64,000 nt of DNA from NCBI GenBank assembly GCA_964016885.1, contig OZ024741.1:47802001-47866000 (forward strand), given 5' to 3'. Numbering within the stretch: position 1 is the stretch's first letter; every line of letters starts with the position of its first letter. Made by a program: the position numbers and the translations under genes. Origin of the DNA: Eledone cirrhosa (taxonomy: Eukaryota). Below the pieces are notes generated by a model. That model saw nothing but the letters and a program-made list of their open reading frames with translations, had not been told where the DNA came from and ran no database searches. This document shows, one piece after another, positions 24,730 through 38,036 of this stretch.

Positions 24730-25867
24730 ATATGTATGTATATGTGTATGTGTATGTATATGTATATGTATGCGTATTAATTTTGATTTCTATTTGCATA
24801 TAATTATATTGTGCTATTGATGAAATACAATATCTGCTTTATGTATTGTATACCTAATTAACATATACTAATTAACATATACTATTGAAATAAATATATA
24901 ATTTTTAATTTAGTTAACATATAATTTATATGCTACTACCGATGTAATACTTTATTTTATTTTTATTTGGGTTTCTTTTCCATATTACTAAATTCATTTC
25001 CTAATATTGATACCATAACGTTATTAACTTTAATTTAGTTATACTGTAATTAATAATCTACTACTGTTTGACTTCAAAATTCTGCTTCAAATATTATAAA
25101 CCTAACTAATTTACACCTTAGAAATCAATATGTTGACTATCTTTGGTTTAGTTAACATATGATTAATGGTATACTTATTTATTTTGAGATGCATAGATTT
25201 TGCCTTAGTTCTTGTTTGTCGTATTTCCTAGCACTGAAAATATGTAAGAACATACATTGAATAAAGATACGGAAAATATTATATTATATGTTTCTTGAAA
25301 CATATATTTACTTTGATCCCCTTCTCCAAACCCCCCCTTTCCCCCATACTATTATCATCTGTATTTGTAAGCGCCTATGTATGAATATATATGTAGGTAG
25401 GTGTCTATATAGGTTTGGGTATTTATATCTAAATATAAAAATACATATATGCGCATGCAAATATGAATGTAAGATTGCGTGTGTATATATGAGTGTACAT
25501 ATGTATGTATATATATGTATATATATGCATTATATATGTATGTGTATGTGAATGTGTTGTATGTATATGTGTATGTATGTGTATATATGTGTATGTATGT
25601 GTATGCTTGTATATATAGGAATATATATATATGTATATATATATATGTATATGTATATGCGTGTGTATGTATGTATGTGTATTTGTGTTGTATATATATG
25701 TATGTCTCTCTATTTATATGTTTATCTTCGTATCTATGTGATATATGTGTGTGTGTGTGCACGTATGCATATGTATGTGTTTGTGTGTGTTTGTATGTGT
25801 GTGTGTATATATGTGTATGTGCGCACACACACATACACATATATATATGTGAGTGTGTATATGTATC

Positions 25868-25927
<60 letters not shown>

Positions 25928-26213
25928 GATATATATATATATATATAGGTGTCTATGTGTGAATATATGTCTTTATTCGTATGTGTGTATTTATGTATGT
26001 ATATGTTTATGTGTATGTATGTATGTGTATGTATGTATGTATATATATATATATATATATGTATATGTATATATATATATGTATATTATTCTTTATTATT
26101 ATAATATAACTTATGTGTATATGTGTATAAGTGAGGTTGTGTATGTGTATATAATATGTGTATATATAAGTGTAAAAAAGTATATATATATATATGTGCA
26201 TGTCTGTTTTTTA

Positions 26214-26252
<39 letters not shown>

Positions 26253-26731
26253 GTGTGTATATATATATATATATATATATATGTGGGTGTTTGTATGTGT
26301 ATTTATGGTGGTATGAGTGTGTGGATATATATGTTTTTATATATATATATATATATATATATGTATGATTGTATGTGTGTGTATATATTTATATATATAT
26401 ATATGTATGTGTATATATATGTATATATATATATATATGTGTATGTATGTGTGTATATATATATATCTCTATTAATGCGTGTGTGTATGTATATACATAT
26501 GCCTTTTTATTATTATTTTTTTATTATTATTTTTATTTGTATGTCTGAGTTAGGTGAGGTTCTAGTGTTTTTTATGTATATAAGCATATATGGAAGCGTA
26601 TGTATTTATATATATGAGTATAAGTAGGTACATATGTATGTATGATTATATATCTAATTCTATGTATGAATGTACATCTATATATATGTATGTGTGTATG
26701 TAAGTTGTGTGTGTATGTATCTATATGTCTA

Positions 26732-26778
<47 letters not shown>

Positions 26779-26857
26779 CGATGTCCGTATATGTATGTAC
26801 ATGTATGTACATGTATGTGTGTATGTATGTGTATGTATATTTCGATGTATGTGTATG

Positions 26858-26900
<43 letters not shown>

Positions 26901-27718
26901 ATATGTATATGGATATATATCTTTATTATTTATTTTTTATATATATGTGTATGTGTGTATGTGTTGCGTGTGTGTGTGTGTGTGTATATATATATCTTTA
27001 TATATGTGTATGTGTATGTTCGTGTAAGTGTATGTATGTGTATGACTGTATATGTATGTGTGTATGTGTGTATGCGTAAATATTTCTATGTGCGCGTACA
27101 TGTATGTATGTGTATATATCTGTATGTGTATGTATATTATATTATATTTATTATATTTTATTGTTTTATTTTTTTATTTTTCTTAATTTATAGATACATT
27201 TATATTAGGCAGTCTGCTCAGACAATTGAATACTGACCCCTCCCCCCCCTCCCACCTAATTTCTGTATCTTGATCTTGAAATGTGTGTGCCAGTGTTTTA
27301 TGTGAGTGATTTAATATCTATGTGCTTATGATTTTATATCCACATATATAAATGTGAGTGGGGGTGTGTGTGTGTTTGTATGTTCGTGGTTATGTGTATA
27401 TTTATGCATATGAGCGCGTGTATGTGTGATTGTACTGATATGTGTGAGTATGAAAAAATATATTTATATGCTTGACTCCATAAGTATCAATGCGCATCTT
27501 ATCAGCGCATTTTAAGCTTACAGAGATATTAACCTTGAAATTTTGTGTTTGCATCCATCTTTTTAGTATGCGTATACAAGTTATACATACATTTTTGTAA
27601 AATATGTGTAAGGATTTTACATGTATATACACACACCGAACTGCTTTTAACCCTTTGTGTTTTCATTGGTCAATTTTGAACTGAAATTTTGAATTGTTGT
27701 TATTATCAATAAATATAC

Positions 27719-27873
27719 TTCATTATTTCTGAAGACGGCGTATATATGTGTTAGGTATGTATATTTAATCTTGATAATTTGTATAATTTTGTATAATTTT
27801 GTACATAGATCTGTTGAATATGCATACCAATTATAACACATATATACCCTAGAAACGATCGTTAAATAATGAA
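27719..27873 (+). ncRNA. Type I hammerhead with ~115-nt stem II; copies at 18883-19037(-) and 51018-51160(+)
   Basis: TTCATTATTT-CTGAAGA-[long hairpin]-GAAA-CGATCG-TT-AAATAATGAA: 10-bp stem I and palindromic stem III. Confidence 0.8.
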
Positions 27874-27925
27874 CTTTTTTTGTTTAATATAAGGAATTGT
27901 TTTATTCATTATTTGTTTAATATTT

Positions 27926-28019
<94 letters not shown>

Positions 28020-28021
<2 letters not shown>

Positions 28022-28689
28022 CGATATTAAATAAATGGAAACTATATTTATAAAACCATATTTATTTCATTATATATATTTCAGGGATATCATATTAACA
28101 ATATGCTATGCCTTCCTCAGACAAAATACAATATAAACAGTTTTATAGATAAATAGATTTGACATACCGTACAACATCGACTTGTATTTGAAAAGTTGAA
28201 TTGGCAGTGAAAAAATTGTACACAGAGAGAAAGAAAGAGAGAAAAAGGAAAGAAAGACAGAAAACGAAGAAAAAGAAGAAAAAGAAGAAATGCATGGAAC
28301 AAAATGCATGGAACAAAATGTTCCATGCATTTCTTCTTTTTCTTCTTTTTCTTCGTTTTCTGTCTTTCTTTCCTTTTTCTCTCTTTCTTTCTCTCTGTGT
28401 ACAATTTTTTCACTGCCAATTCAACTTTTCAAATACAAGTCGATGTTGTACGGTATGTCAAATCTATTTATCTATAAAACTGTTTATATTGTATTTTGTC
28501 TGAGGAAGGCATAGCATATTGTTAATATGATATCCCTGAAATATATATAATGAAATAAATATGGTTTTATAAATATAGTTTCCATTTATTTAATATCGTA
28601 AATATACTCCAAATACTTGTCGAGTGCTTTTATATCAGTTATAAATATTTACTAGTTGTAACCCAACAATTTAAATATAACTTTCCATG

Positions 28690-28690
<1 letters not shown>
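28020..28690. repeat. Fold-back of the PLE family P1 3' end; HHRs at 28063-28128(-) and 28492-28557(+)
   Basis: Arms 28020-28301 and 28319-28600, with a 14-nt duplication (TGCATGGAACAAAA) at the centre. The right arm runs 90 nt further. Confidence 0.9.
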
Positions 28691-28723
<33 letters not shown>

Positions 28724-28896
28724 TATATAAATATATATATATATTTATATAAATATATATATATATTTATATAAATATATATATATATTTATATAAATAT
28801 ATATATATATTTATATAAATATATATATATATTTATATAAATATATATATATATATTTATATAAATATATATATATATATTTATATAAATATATAT

Positions 28897-29183
28897 AGTT
28901 TTAATATAGATGAGATTCTACAGGACTAGAACTGTTTCATTCATTAGAAATCATCAGGAATCTGGGTATCAAAAAATAAATATGGTATTTATAGGTCTCT
29001 ACAAGTGTAGAGACCTATAAATACCATATTTATTTATTTTTTGAAACCCAGATTCCTGATGATTTCTAATGAATGAAACAGTTCTAGTCCTGTAGAATCT
29101 CATCTATATTAAAACTGTTATACTCTGATATGTATTGAGTACCTTACTTACTGTGGTTACCTCCGATTCAACCCGGAATAACG
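28897..29183. repeat. Fold-back of a small HHR-bearing end; HHRs at 28913-28963(-) and 29050-29100(+)
   Basis: 2-nt centre at 29004-29005. HHR: AGATTC-CTGATGA-TTTC TAAT GAAT-GAAA-CAG TTCTAGTC CTG-TA-GAATCT. Confidence 0.85.
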
Positions 29184-29249
29184 TATATATAAATATATAT
29201 ATATATATTTATATAAATATATATATATATTTATATAAATATATATATA

Positions 29250-29316
<67 letters not shown>

Positions 29317-29343
29317 ATATTTATATATACATATATATATATT

Positions 29344-29436
<93 letters not shown>

Positions 29437-29447
29437 ATATATATATT

Positions 29448-29826
29448 TCATCATCATCATCATCATCATCACCGTTTTACGTCCGTTCTTCCACGCTAGC
29501 ATGGGTTAGACGGGTTGTCCTGTTGTGGGCAGTGTCTGGTCGGCTGACCATGCCTTGCTCATACAGGAACTGATCTGGCTTGATTTCTACAGCTGGATGC
29601 CCTTCCTAACACCAACCTCATTTACAGTGAGTGCTGGGTGCTTTTTCGTGGCGCCTACACGTCCACTTTACAGTGTGGGCTGGGTGCTTTTTTGCCGTGG
29701 CACCTCCACGACCACCTTGCGGGGGGGGGGGGGGGGCATATTGTTTATATGCTTCAGCATGTACCCATGGGAGGTCGGGTACCCTGTATTACTGCGTGAC
29801 GCCAGAAGTCACGGTCGTGTGTCATT
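29448..29826 (-). mobile_element. RTE LINE 3' fragment (subfamily 1) with (GAT)n tail
   Basis: Near-identical reverse complement of 5742-6104. Confidence 0.93.
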
Positions 29827-29864
29827 TATATATATATATTTATATTTATATATATATTTATATT

Positions 29865-29935
<71 letters not shown>

Positions 29936-29960
29936 TTATATTTATATATATATTTATATT

Positions 29961-29999
<39 letters not shown>

Positions 30000-30002
30000 A
30001 TT

Positions 30003-30038
<36 letters not shown>

Positions 30039-30068
30039 TATTTATATATTTATATATATATATATTTA

Positions 30069-30109
<41 letters not shown>

Positions 30110-30132
30110 TTATATATATATATATTTATATT

Positions 30133-30229
<97 letters not shown>

Positions 30230-30258
30230 TTATATATTTATATATATATATTTATATT

Positions 30259-30291
<33 letters not shown>

Positions 30292-30310
30292 ATATATTTA
30301 TATATATATA

Positions 30311-30424
<114 letters not shown>

Positions 30425-30628
30425 TTATATATATATTTATATTTATATATATATTTATATTTATATATATATATATATTTATACTTATATATATATATAT
30501 ATATATTTAAATTGAAACAAAATGAAAACGAAATTTCATTTCTCACTCTTAGTATGGCACTTACTTAAATGTAAGTATGCATGTATACGTACATACATAT
30601 ATGTATACAGACGTACAGTAGCATGCAC

Positions 30629-30661
<33 letters not shown>

Positions 30662-30814
30662 TATACATATGCATACAGGTACACATACATATATGCACGT
30701 ATCAGTTTAGCGGCGCTAACGTCGCTTTGTTCGTTTGTAAACAAACTGAACAGCCTGAATTTATGCCATACGGTGTTAAGGCAACCACGTCACCTTTTTG
30801 TTCAACACTGACAC

Positions 30815-30867
30815 AGGAACGATGTACTAGTTTCAAGCTTGTTAGCTATCATCAGCACCGTTTACCC
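30815..30867 (-). ncRNA. Type I hammerhead ribozyme (element A, unit 1)
   Basis: GGG-UA-AACGGUG-CUGAUGA-U AGCU AACA AGCU U-GAAA-CUAG-UA-CAUCGUU-CCU. Confidence 0.88.
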
Positions 30868-31102
30868 ATCTGCCAGATAGTTGAACGTTCGAAAGTATAT
30901 ACTTTCCTTATGAAAATTAACGGCTGAGCAGCCTAATTTGCATATTGAGTGAGTTAAATCGGTTAGGCATACCGAAAACGATAAATTGAAACAAAATGAA
31001 AACGAAATTTCATTTCTCACTCTTAGTATGGCACTTACTTAAATGTAAGTATGCATGTATACGTACATACATATATGTATACAGACGTACAGTAGCATGC
31101 AC

Positions 31103-31135
<33 letters not shown>

Positions 31136-31288
31136 TATACATATGCATACAGGTACACATACATATATGCACGTATCAGTTTAGCGGCGCTAACGTCGCT
31201 TTGTTCGTTTGTAAACAAACTGAACAGCCTGAATTTATGCCATACGGTGTTAAGGCAACCACGTCACCTTTTTGTTCAACACTGACAC

Positions 31289-31341
31289 AGGAACGATGTA
31301 CTAGTTTCAAGCTTGTTAGCTATCATCAGCACCGTTTACCC
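31289..31341 (-). ncRNA. Type I hammerhead ribozyme (element A, unit 2)
   Basis: Identical to 30815-30867. Confidence 0.88.
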
Positions 31342-31491
31342 ATCTGCCAGATAGTTGAACGTTCGAAAGTATATACTTTCCTTATGAAAATTAACGGCTG
31401 TATACATATATGTATGTACGTATACATGCATACTTACATATATATATTTATATATATATATTTTTATATATATATATATTTATATATATAT

Positions 31492-33710
31492 AAAGCTATT
31501 TTTAATAATGCATCCCCCTACTATAATAAAGCGCTCCAAAATAGCGGTTTTAGCGAACCGATTAAGTACATACCTAACTATACTAACTCTATTAAACATA
31601 AAAATAGGAAAAGAAAAATAATCTGGTTCACACCCCCCTATCTCTAGCAGTTAAAACTAATGTAGGCAAAAAATTCCTTGAGCTCCTAGATAAACATTTC
31701 CCTAGAACACATAGATACTATAAGATCTTTAACAGAAATTGTGTCAAAATTAGCTATTCCTGCGGTCCCCCTATTAAGTCCTATATCCTCAACAAAATAT
31801 CACCTAGAGAAAATCAAACTTGCTCCTGTAGAATCAAAAGTGAATGCCCATTACAAGGTAAATGCAACACCAAAGCCATTGTATATGCGGCTCAAGTGAC
31901 AACCATCAGCAACAACCATCCAGCCACCAGTGAACGATATGTGGGTATGACGCAAGACAAATTCAAAACGCGTTATTACTCACATGTCGCATCCTTTCGA
32001 CATCCAGAAAAAAGATTTACAACAGCTCTGGCTAGCAGAATTTGGGATTTGAAAGACCAAGGCATCCAATATAAATTAGATTGGTCAATTTTGAACCAAT
32101 CTAAAGAATATGCTAGAGGAACAAGAAAATGCACGCTCTGCATAAATGAAAAATATTGGATATTGCAAAATCTAAAATCACCAAAGACCTGCCTGAACAC
32201 AAAGACGGAAATTTTCACCAGTTGCCCACACATGAAATCACACCTGCTTTCCAGCTCATATAAACTTAACACACTTTCAGATACTTATCCTCCATAAACT
32301 CTTATTATTCTCTTTTTAATTACCCTTTCTGACTTACTTTCATTTTTATTTTTATCCTTGTCAATAATTTCATTTATTTTTATTCTTATTTTTATTTTTT
32401 ATTTTTTATTTTTTATTTTTTATTTTTTATTTTTTATTTTTACTTCACATCCATCAATAACCCCCTCCCCCGCTTTATTCTCCGATTCACTTTCCATTTT
32501 TTACTTCCCCTTTTTTTTACTTCCCTTTTTCCTTCACTAACTGATTAGACTTGTCATTTGTGTTTTCCAATCCAGATATATTTTTCATTTTTATTTTTTT
32601 TAATTTTATTTTTATTTTTTTATTTTTGCGCAGCCAATCTTACAATTTTATATTTGTACTTACTTATCCACAAGTTTTTTACACCCTGTATCAATATGGC
32701 TGAACGTCTTAATGTGTGTATACTTTCTATATATGTACATGAGCGACTACGTATGTGCGCGCGCGTATGTATATATATATATATATATATGTGTGTGTAT
32801 ATATGTGTGTGTGTGTATGTATATATTATGCGTATGTGTATGTGTCCTTATATCCGTGTTTTGACATCTAGGTTTTATGTTTTGTTCCTTTTTCCTCCTC
32901 CCCCCCCCCCCTTTTTACTTACTCTTTTTTATGCGTGTGCAGGCAAACAGGTCAATATGCGTGAGTGTAAGTATGTGTGTGTGTGTGTGTGTGTATGTAC
33001 GTATCGAACGTATGGATGTGTAAGTGTGCGTGTGTATATAAGCATGTATATTTTTGCGTTTCTTTTGTGAGATATGCGTGTCTGTGTATGTATGTACCCT
33101 TTTTTGTCTTCTTTTCTTTAATTTTTTCTTTCTAAAAATTTTTTCTTTCTAATTTATTGTTACATTTTTATAAATATATCGAGATTGATACTTTGCTTTA
33201 ATTATTACACTCCCTTACCTCTTTTACTTCCGCATCTAAGTGTACGTGTGTGTATTCATATTCTTATGATGTATCTATTCTGTCTGTAGATTACAGACAT
33301 ACAGATACATTTGCCCTAAATTTTATATTTACGCACACTTTTTCACTATACGTATACATATGTGCATACACATATATGCACATCTGTGAGCGTATATACA
33401 TACATATACACACACCTAACTATATTTCTTGATAGATTTTTATATATTTCAATTTCTAATTCATTTGTCTATATCCCTTTTTTTTTTGATTTTCTTGATG
33501 AGACTTTCCAAGTATTTACCCATGTTTTATATTGCCTCGTCTGACGAACGAATGAAGACGTTTCTTTAGTATTCGCCTCATTCGGGAAACCTCTGGTAAT
33601 GAGGTAATTATATTGTATTGATTTTTATACATTAGATTTTGCTCTGATACTTACATAGAGCACTCTTCACTTCTATGACCTTTTCTGTTTCCAACGGAAA
33701 TTTCAATACT
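31492..33710 (+). mobile_element. 5'-truncated PLE (family HB, related to HA): thumb and GIY-YIG remnants, 3' UTR, HHR
   Basis: KRKIIWFTPP and ERYVGMTQDKFKTRYYSH..CTLC..EK (ORF 31896-32297). Confidence 0.9.
33531..33608 (+). ncRNA. Type I hammerhead ribozyme (family HB)
   Basis: ATTGCCTCGT-CTGACGA-A CGAATGA..TCATTCG G-GAAA-CCTCTGG-TA-ATGAGGTAAT. Confidence 0.82.
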
Positions 33711-33746
33711 TATATATATATATATATTTATATATATTTATATATT

Positions 33747-33779
<33 letters not shown>

Positions 33780-33782
33780 ATT

Positions 33783-33813
<31 letters not shown>

Positions 33814-33816
33814 ATT

Positions 33817-33849
<33 letters not shown>

Positions 33850-33852
33850 ATA

Positions 33853-34167
33853 TCATCATTTCATTTTACGTCCGCTTTTCCCTGCTTGCAAGGAACTGAT
33901 TCTGGCTTGATTTCTACAGCTGGATGCCCTTCCTAACACCAACCTCATTTACAGTGAGTGCTGGGTGCTTTTTTGCCGTGGCACCTCCACGACCACTTTG
34001 CAGTGGAATGATAGGGACCCCAGTCCTTATCATCTCATTTCTACAGCTGAGTAAACTGGAGCAATGTGAAATAAAGTGTCTTGCTCAAGGAAACAACACA
34101 TCACCCGGTCTGAGAATTGAACTCACAACGATTGCAAGGCCAATGCTCTAACCACTAAGCCATGTGC

Positions 34168-34170
<3 letters not shown>
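33853..34170 (-). mobile_element. tRNA-headed SINE with CORE-like middle and RTE-derived 3' tail
   Basis: A box TGGCTTAGTGG, B-box-like GAGTTCAATTC, CCTTGAGCAAGACACTT core. Tail matches the RTE 3' UTR at 5856-6003. Confidence 0.85.
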
Positions 34171-34254
<84 letters not shown>

Positions 34255-34258
<4 letters not shown>

Positions 34259-34525
34259 ATTATTATTATGTAATAAACAACATAGGGCAATTATTCCATT
34301 TACCAGTGGTTTCTTAAAAGCAAAAGGTTTTGCTTTCAATCCTCAGAATGAAAAATCCTGGTTTGTTTATTGAATATGGATTCTAAAAACAAAAATGCAA
34401 TCTATATGAAAGTGAGGCTGGAAAAGGGAGAAGGAAAGGAAAAATAAAATAAAACTACACATGCAAACACACACAAAAAAACACAAAAGCATACTTACAC
34501 ACACATACATATATACATATATATA
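34255..34525 (-). mobile_element. Inverted 3' end of family HA at the 5' side of the 34531 copy; HHR at 34294-34353
   Basis: Reverse complement of about 38215-38480. Confidence 0.88.
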
Positions 34526-34530
34526 AAAAA

Positions 34531-36885
34531 ATGATTTGGATTATTCTATCAAAAACATACCCACTCCTTCCAACACAACATACACCAAAATCCTCATTGA
34601 TAAAATCGAACAAGTCGTTAAAAGAATGAGATGGAAGGCAATGGTTTACGATGGACTATTCAGTGCTGATACTAAAGATTATTTTGACATTAAATCCCGT
34701 AAATATCCACCTAGAATTAAAGACATGGCCAACTTCGAATTAGACCTCGTTAATCTAATTAGTGATATCAAATTTCGTAAGTACAATAATAATTTTCAAA
34801 CTAAACTTTCTCACGATATCTCTAATTTTAGAAATTCCACAAACACTTTCGTTCTTTCTGATAAAACCAAAAACCTCTTTGAAGTTAATAGTAATTTGTA
34901 TAACCAACTTTTAACTAATAGTATTACCAATAAATATCAATTAACTAATAATAATAGCTACAATACTATTAATAAAGAAGCTAAAGAACTAGCTAGTTCT
35001 TTACAAATAGATAACCGGATTGAAAGCTTAGCTAAGCGTAAAGCATATATTACCCTTAAAGACCATAAATTGGACTTTACTAATCGACCTAGTTGTAGAC
35101 TGATTAACCCGGCTAAATCCGAGGTTGGCCTTGCTAGTAAGAAAATCTTAAGAAAAATAATTCTCCAAATTAGAACTAACACTGTCCTTTCACAGTGGCT
35201 AAATACTTCCTCTGTTATTTCTTGGTTCAATAATATACAAGGTAAAAATAAGTGTAGATTTACCCAATTTGATATTGTCGATTTTTACCCTTCTATTACT
35301 GTTTCCTTATTAACTAAAGCCTTAGATTTTGCAAGACCCTTCATTAATATCTCCAAATTAGAAGAGGACATTATCTTTCATGCTAGAAAAACTTTACTTT
35401 TTACTAATGATAATATTTGGGTTAAAAAGTCAAATCCTGAAAACTCTTTCGATGTTGCAATGGGTTCCTATGACAGTGCGGATGTGTGCGACTTAGTAGG
35501 ATTATTCCTTCTCCACACACTCAAAGAGAAATTTCCGTCCCATAATATCGGTTTATACCATGATGACGGATTAGCAGTTTCTCATACCACCAACGGCCAT
35601 AATCTTGATAAATTCCGTAAAGATTTAATTAGTACCTTTGCTAATCTTAACCTTAAAATTACTATAGATACGAACCTTACTAATGCTAACTTTCTTGATA
35701 TTAATCTTGATCTACTTACTGCCTCTTTTAAACCCTATCATAAACCTAATGAAAATCTTAGGTATATACACAAAGAGTCTTGCCATCCCCCTATAGTTTT
35801 TAATAATCTTATTCCTAACATTAGCCGTAGGATTTCTACCTTATCTTCGTCTATAGACATTTTTAATAAAGCCGCCCCTTATTATAATAAAGCCCTTAAG
35901 TACAGCGGTTTTACAGAAAATATTTCTTATTTACCTACTCCCCCCCCTAAAACTAACCATAATAACAGGAAAAGGAAGATTATTTGGTTCACCCCCCCCC
36001 CCCTTCTCTCTAAATGTCAAAACTAATGTAGGAAGGAAATTTTTTGAACTATTAGACAAACATTTTCCTCCTATTCATAGATATTATAAGATTTTTAATA
36101 GGAATGTAGTTAAGATCAGCTACTCTTGTTGCCCATCCATGAAGTCCAAAATCACCAGTTCAAACCGTACGAGGATAAATCCAGGATGCAGTTGCAGGAA
36201 GCCGGATGAATGCCCATTGCAGGGTAAATGTAACACAAAATCTGTCGTTTATGAGGCTAAGATAACGCCAGTTATCAACAACCAGCCAGCCAGAAGCGAG
36301 CGATATGTCGGTATGACCCAGGACAGGTTTAAAACCAGATTTTACTCACATGTCGCTTCTTTTAAACACTCAGATAAACGAACATCAACGGCCCTCGCAA
36401 GTAAGGTATGGGATCTCAAGGATAGTAATATCCCGTACTCTATTGATTGGTCTATATTAGACCATTCGAGGGAGTACCAAAGGGGCACAAAGAATTGTTC
36501 TTTGTGTACCACAGAAAAGTATAGGATTTTGCTAAACTTGAGAGCCACTTCCGCTTGCCTTAACTCAAAGACTGAGATCTTCAGATGCTGTCCTCATCTG
36601 AAATCGCATCTGATCTGTAACTGGATTGACACTCCTACGATAAATCAACCGCCTTGAACTCCTTCTCTGCTCTTTACTTTTGCTACGGTTTTTATTTTGC
36701 TGATTCTACCTTCTGTACTCTTGTATATTTAAAATTTTTTTCTCCCTTGCCTCCCCTTATATTTTTACCTCCTCTTAGCCCCCCCCCCCCCATATATTCT
36801 TTTTGTTTTGCCCTTCACATACCTATGTGTATGTGTATGTATTTTTGTGTGTATATATATATGTGTATGTATGTATATATGTACG

Positions 36886-36937
<52 letters not shown>

Positions 36938-37210
36938 CGTGTGTGTGTATGTGTGTATATAATTGTATATTTGTGTGTGTATATGTATGTATATGTGGAT
37001 AAACCAGCCAGGCTTTTTTTCATTCTGAAGATTGAAGGAAACTTTTTTTTGCTTTTAAGAAACCTCTGGTGAATGGATTAATTGCCTTGTATGGCTTTAT
37101 TACTTTACTACTATATATACGTTTACGTAAGGTTCATTTGTCTTATCTAATACTGAGCTTTACACATACACACATGTATATGTGTGTGTGTATGTGTATG
37201 CCTGTGTGTA

Positions 37211-37251
<41 letters not shown>

Positions 37252-37342
37252 ATGTATATATATATATATATGTGTGTATATATGTGTATGTGTATGTGTA
37301 TGTATGTATATGTGTGAGTGTGTATTTATTTATTTTTATGTA

Positions 37343-37410
<68 letters not shown>

Positions 37411-37531
37411 TATTTGGTTGTGCGTGCTTTTGATATATACGTATTTGCATGTGTATAATTGTTTAGCTATGTATGTATATGTGTGTTTACGTATTTATAT
37501 GTGTGTGTGCGTTTATATTTTTATATTTTTG

Positions 37532-37596
<65 letters not shown>

Positions 37597-37982
37597 ATAT
37601 AATTACATATACATGTGTGTGTTTATATTATATACGTGTACGTGTTTGTGTATGTATGTGTATGTACGTGTTTATGTATTTGTATATGTATATTTATGTG
37701 TGAGAGTGTGTGTATGTGTTTACTATTTCGTACGTATGTATATGTGCTTTTGTGTGTATTACTTACCACGCGTGTCTGTCCTGTTAGCTGGGGCATGTAT
37801 CGCTGTCAAAAATTTGTTAATATGTATTTATATATTTTTTTCTTATATTTATTTGCGTGTGTGAATATGTAGTGGAGTGCATTCATGTATGTGTATGTAT
37901 GTACGTTGTATGTTTGTGTGAATGTATGTATGTGTGTATATATATGTGTGTGTGTATGTGTATGCTTGTACACACACATGTG

Positions 37983-38036
<54 letters not shown>

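Larger units (their letters stand above)
18693..27928. mobile_element. 9.2-kb fold-back of a 5'-truncated PLE (family HD); arms 18828-23270 and 23494-27928
   Basis: Mirror-image ORF track, identical GIY-YIG ORFs on both strands, long microsatellite-rich 3' UTR. Confidence 0.95.
30508..31439 (-). mobile_element. Retrozyme-like non-coding element A: 474-nt unit x about 1.9 plus a 42-nt inverted end
   Basis: Perfect tandem (30522 = 30996) with one HHR per unit. 31398-31439 is the reverse complement of 31043-31084. (TA)n flanks. Confidence 0.85.

Noticed and set aside
18693-27928. Palindromes as DNA-transposon TIRs or pure assembly artefacts
   Set aside because: No transposase or TSD; every arm is a PLE or retrozyme 3' portion, and arms differ in small indels and length. 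An artefact is unlikely but not excluded without reads.
34095-34170. SINE heads (also 16365 and 63316) as tRNA genes
   Set aside because: They have A/B boxes but no complete cloverleaf and are fused to SINE bodies.
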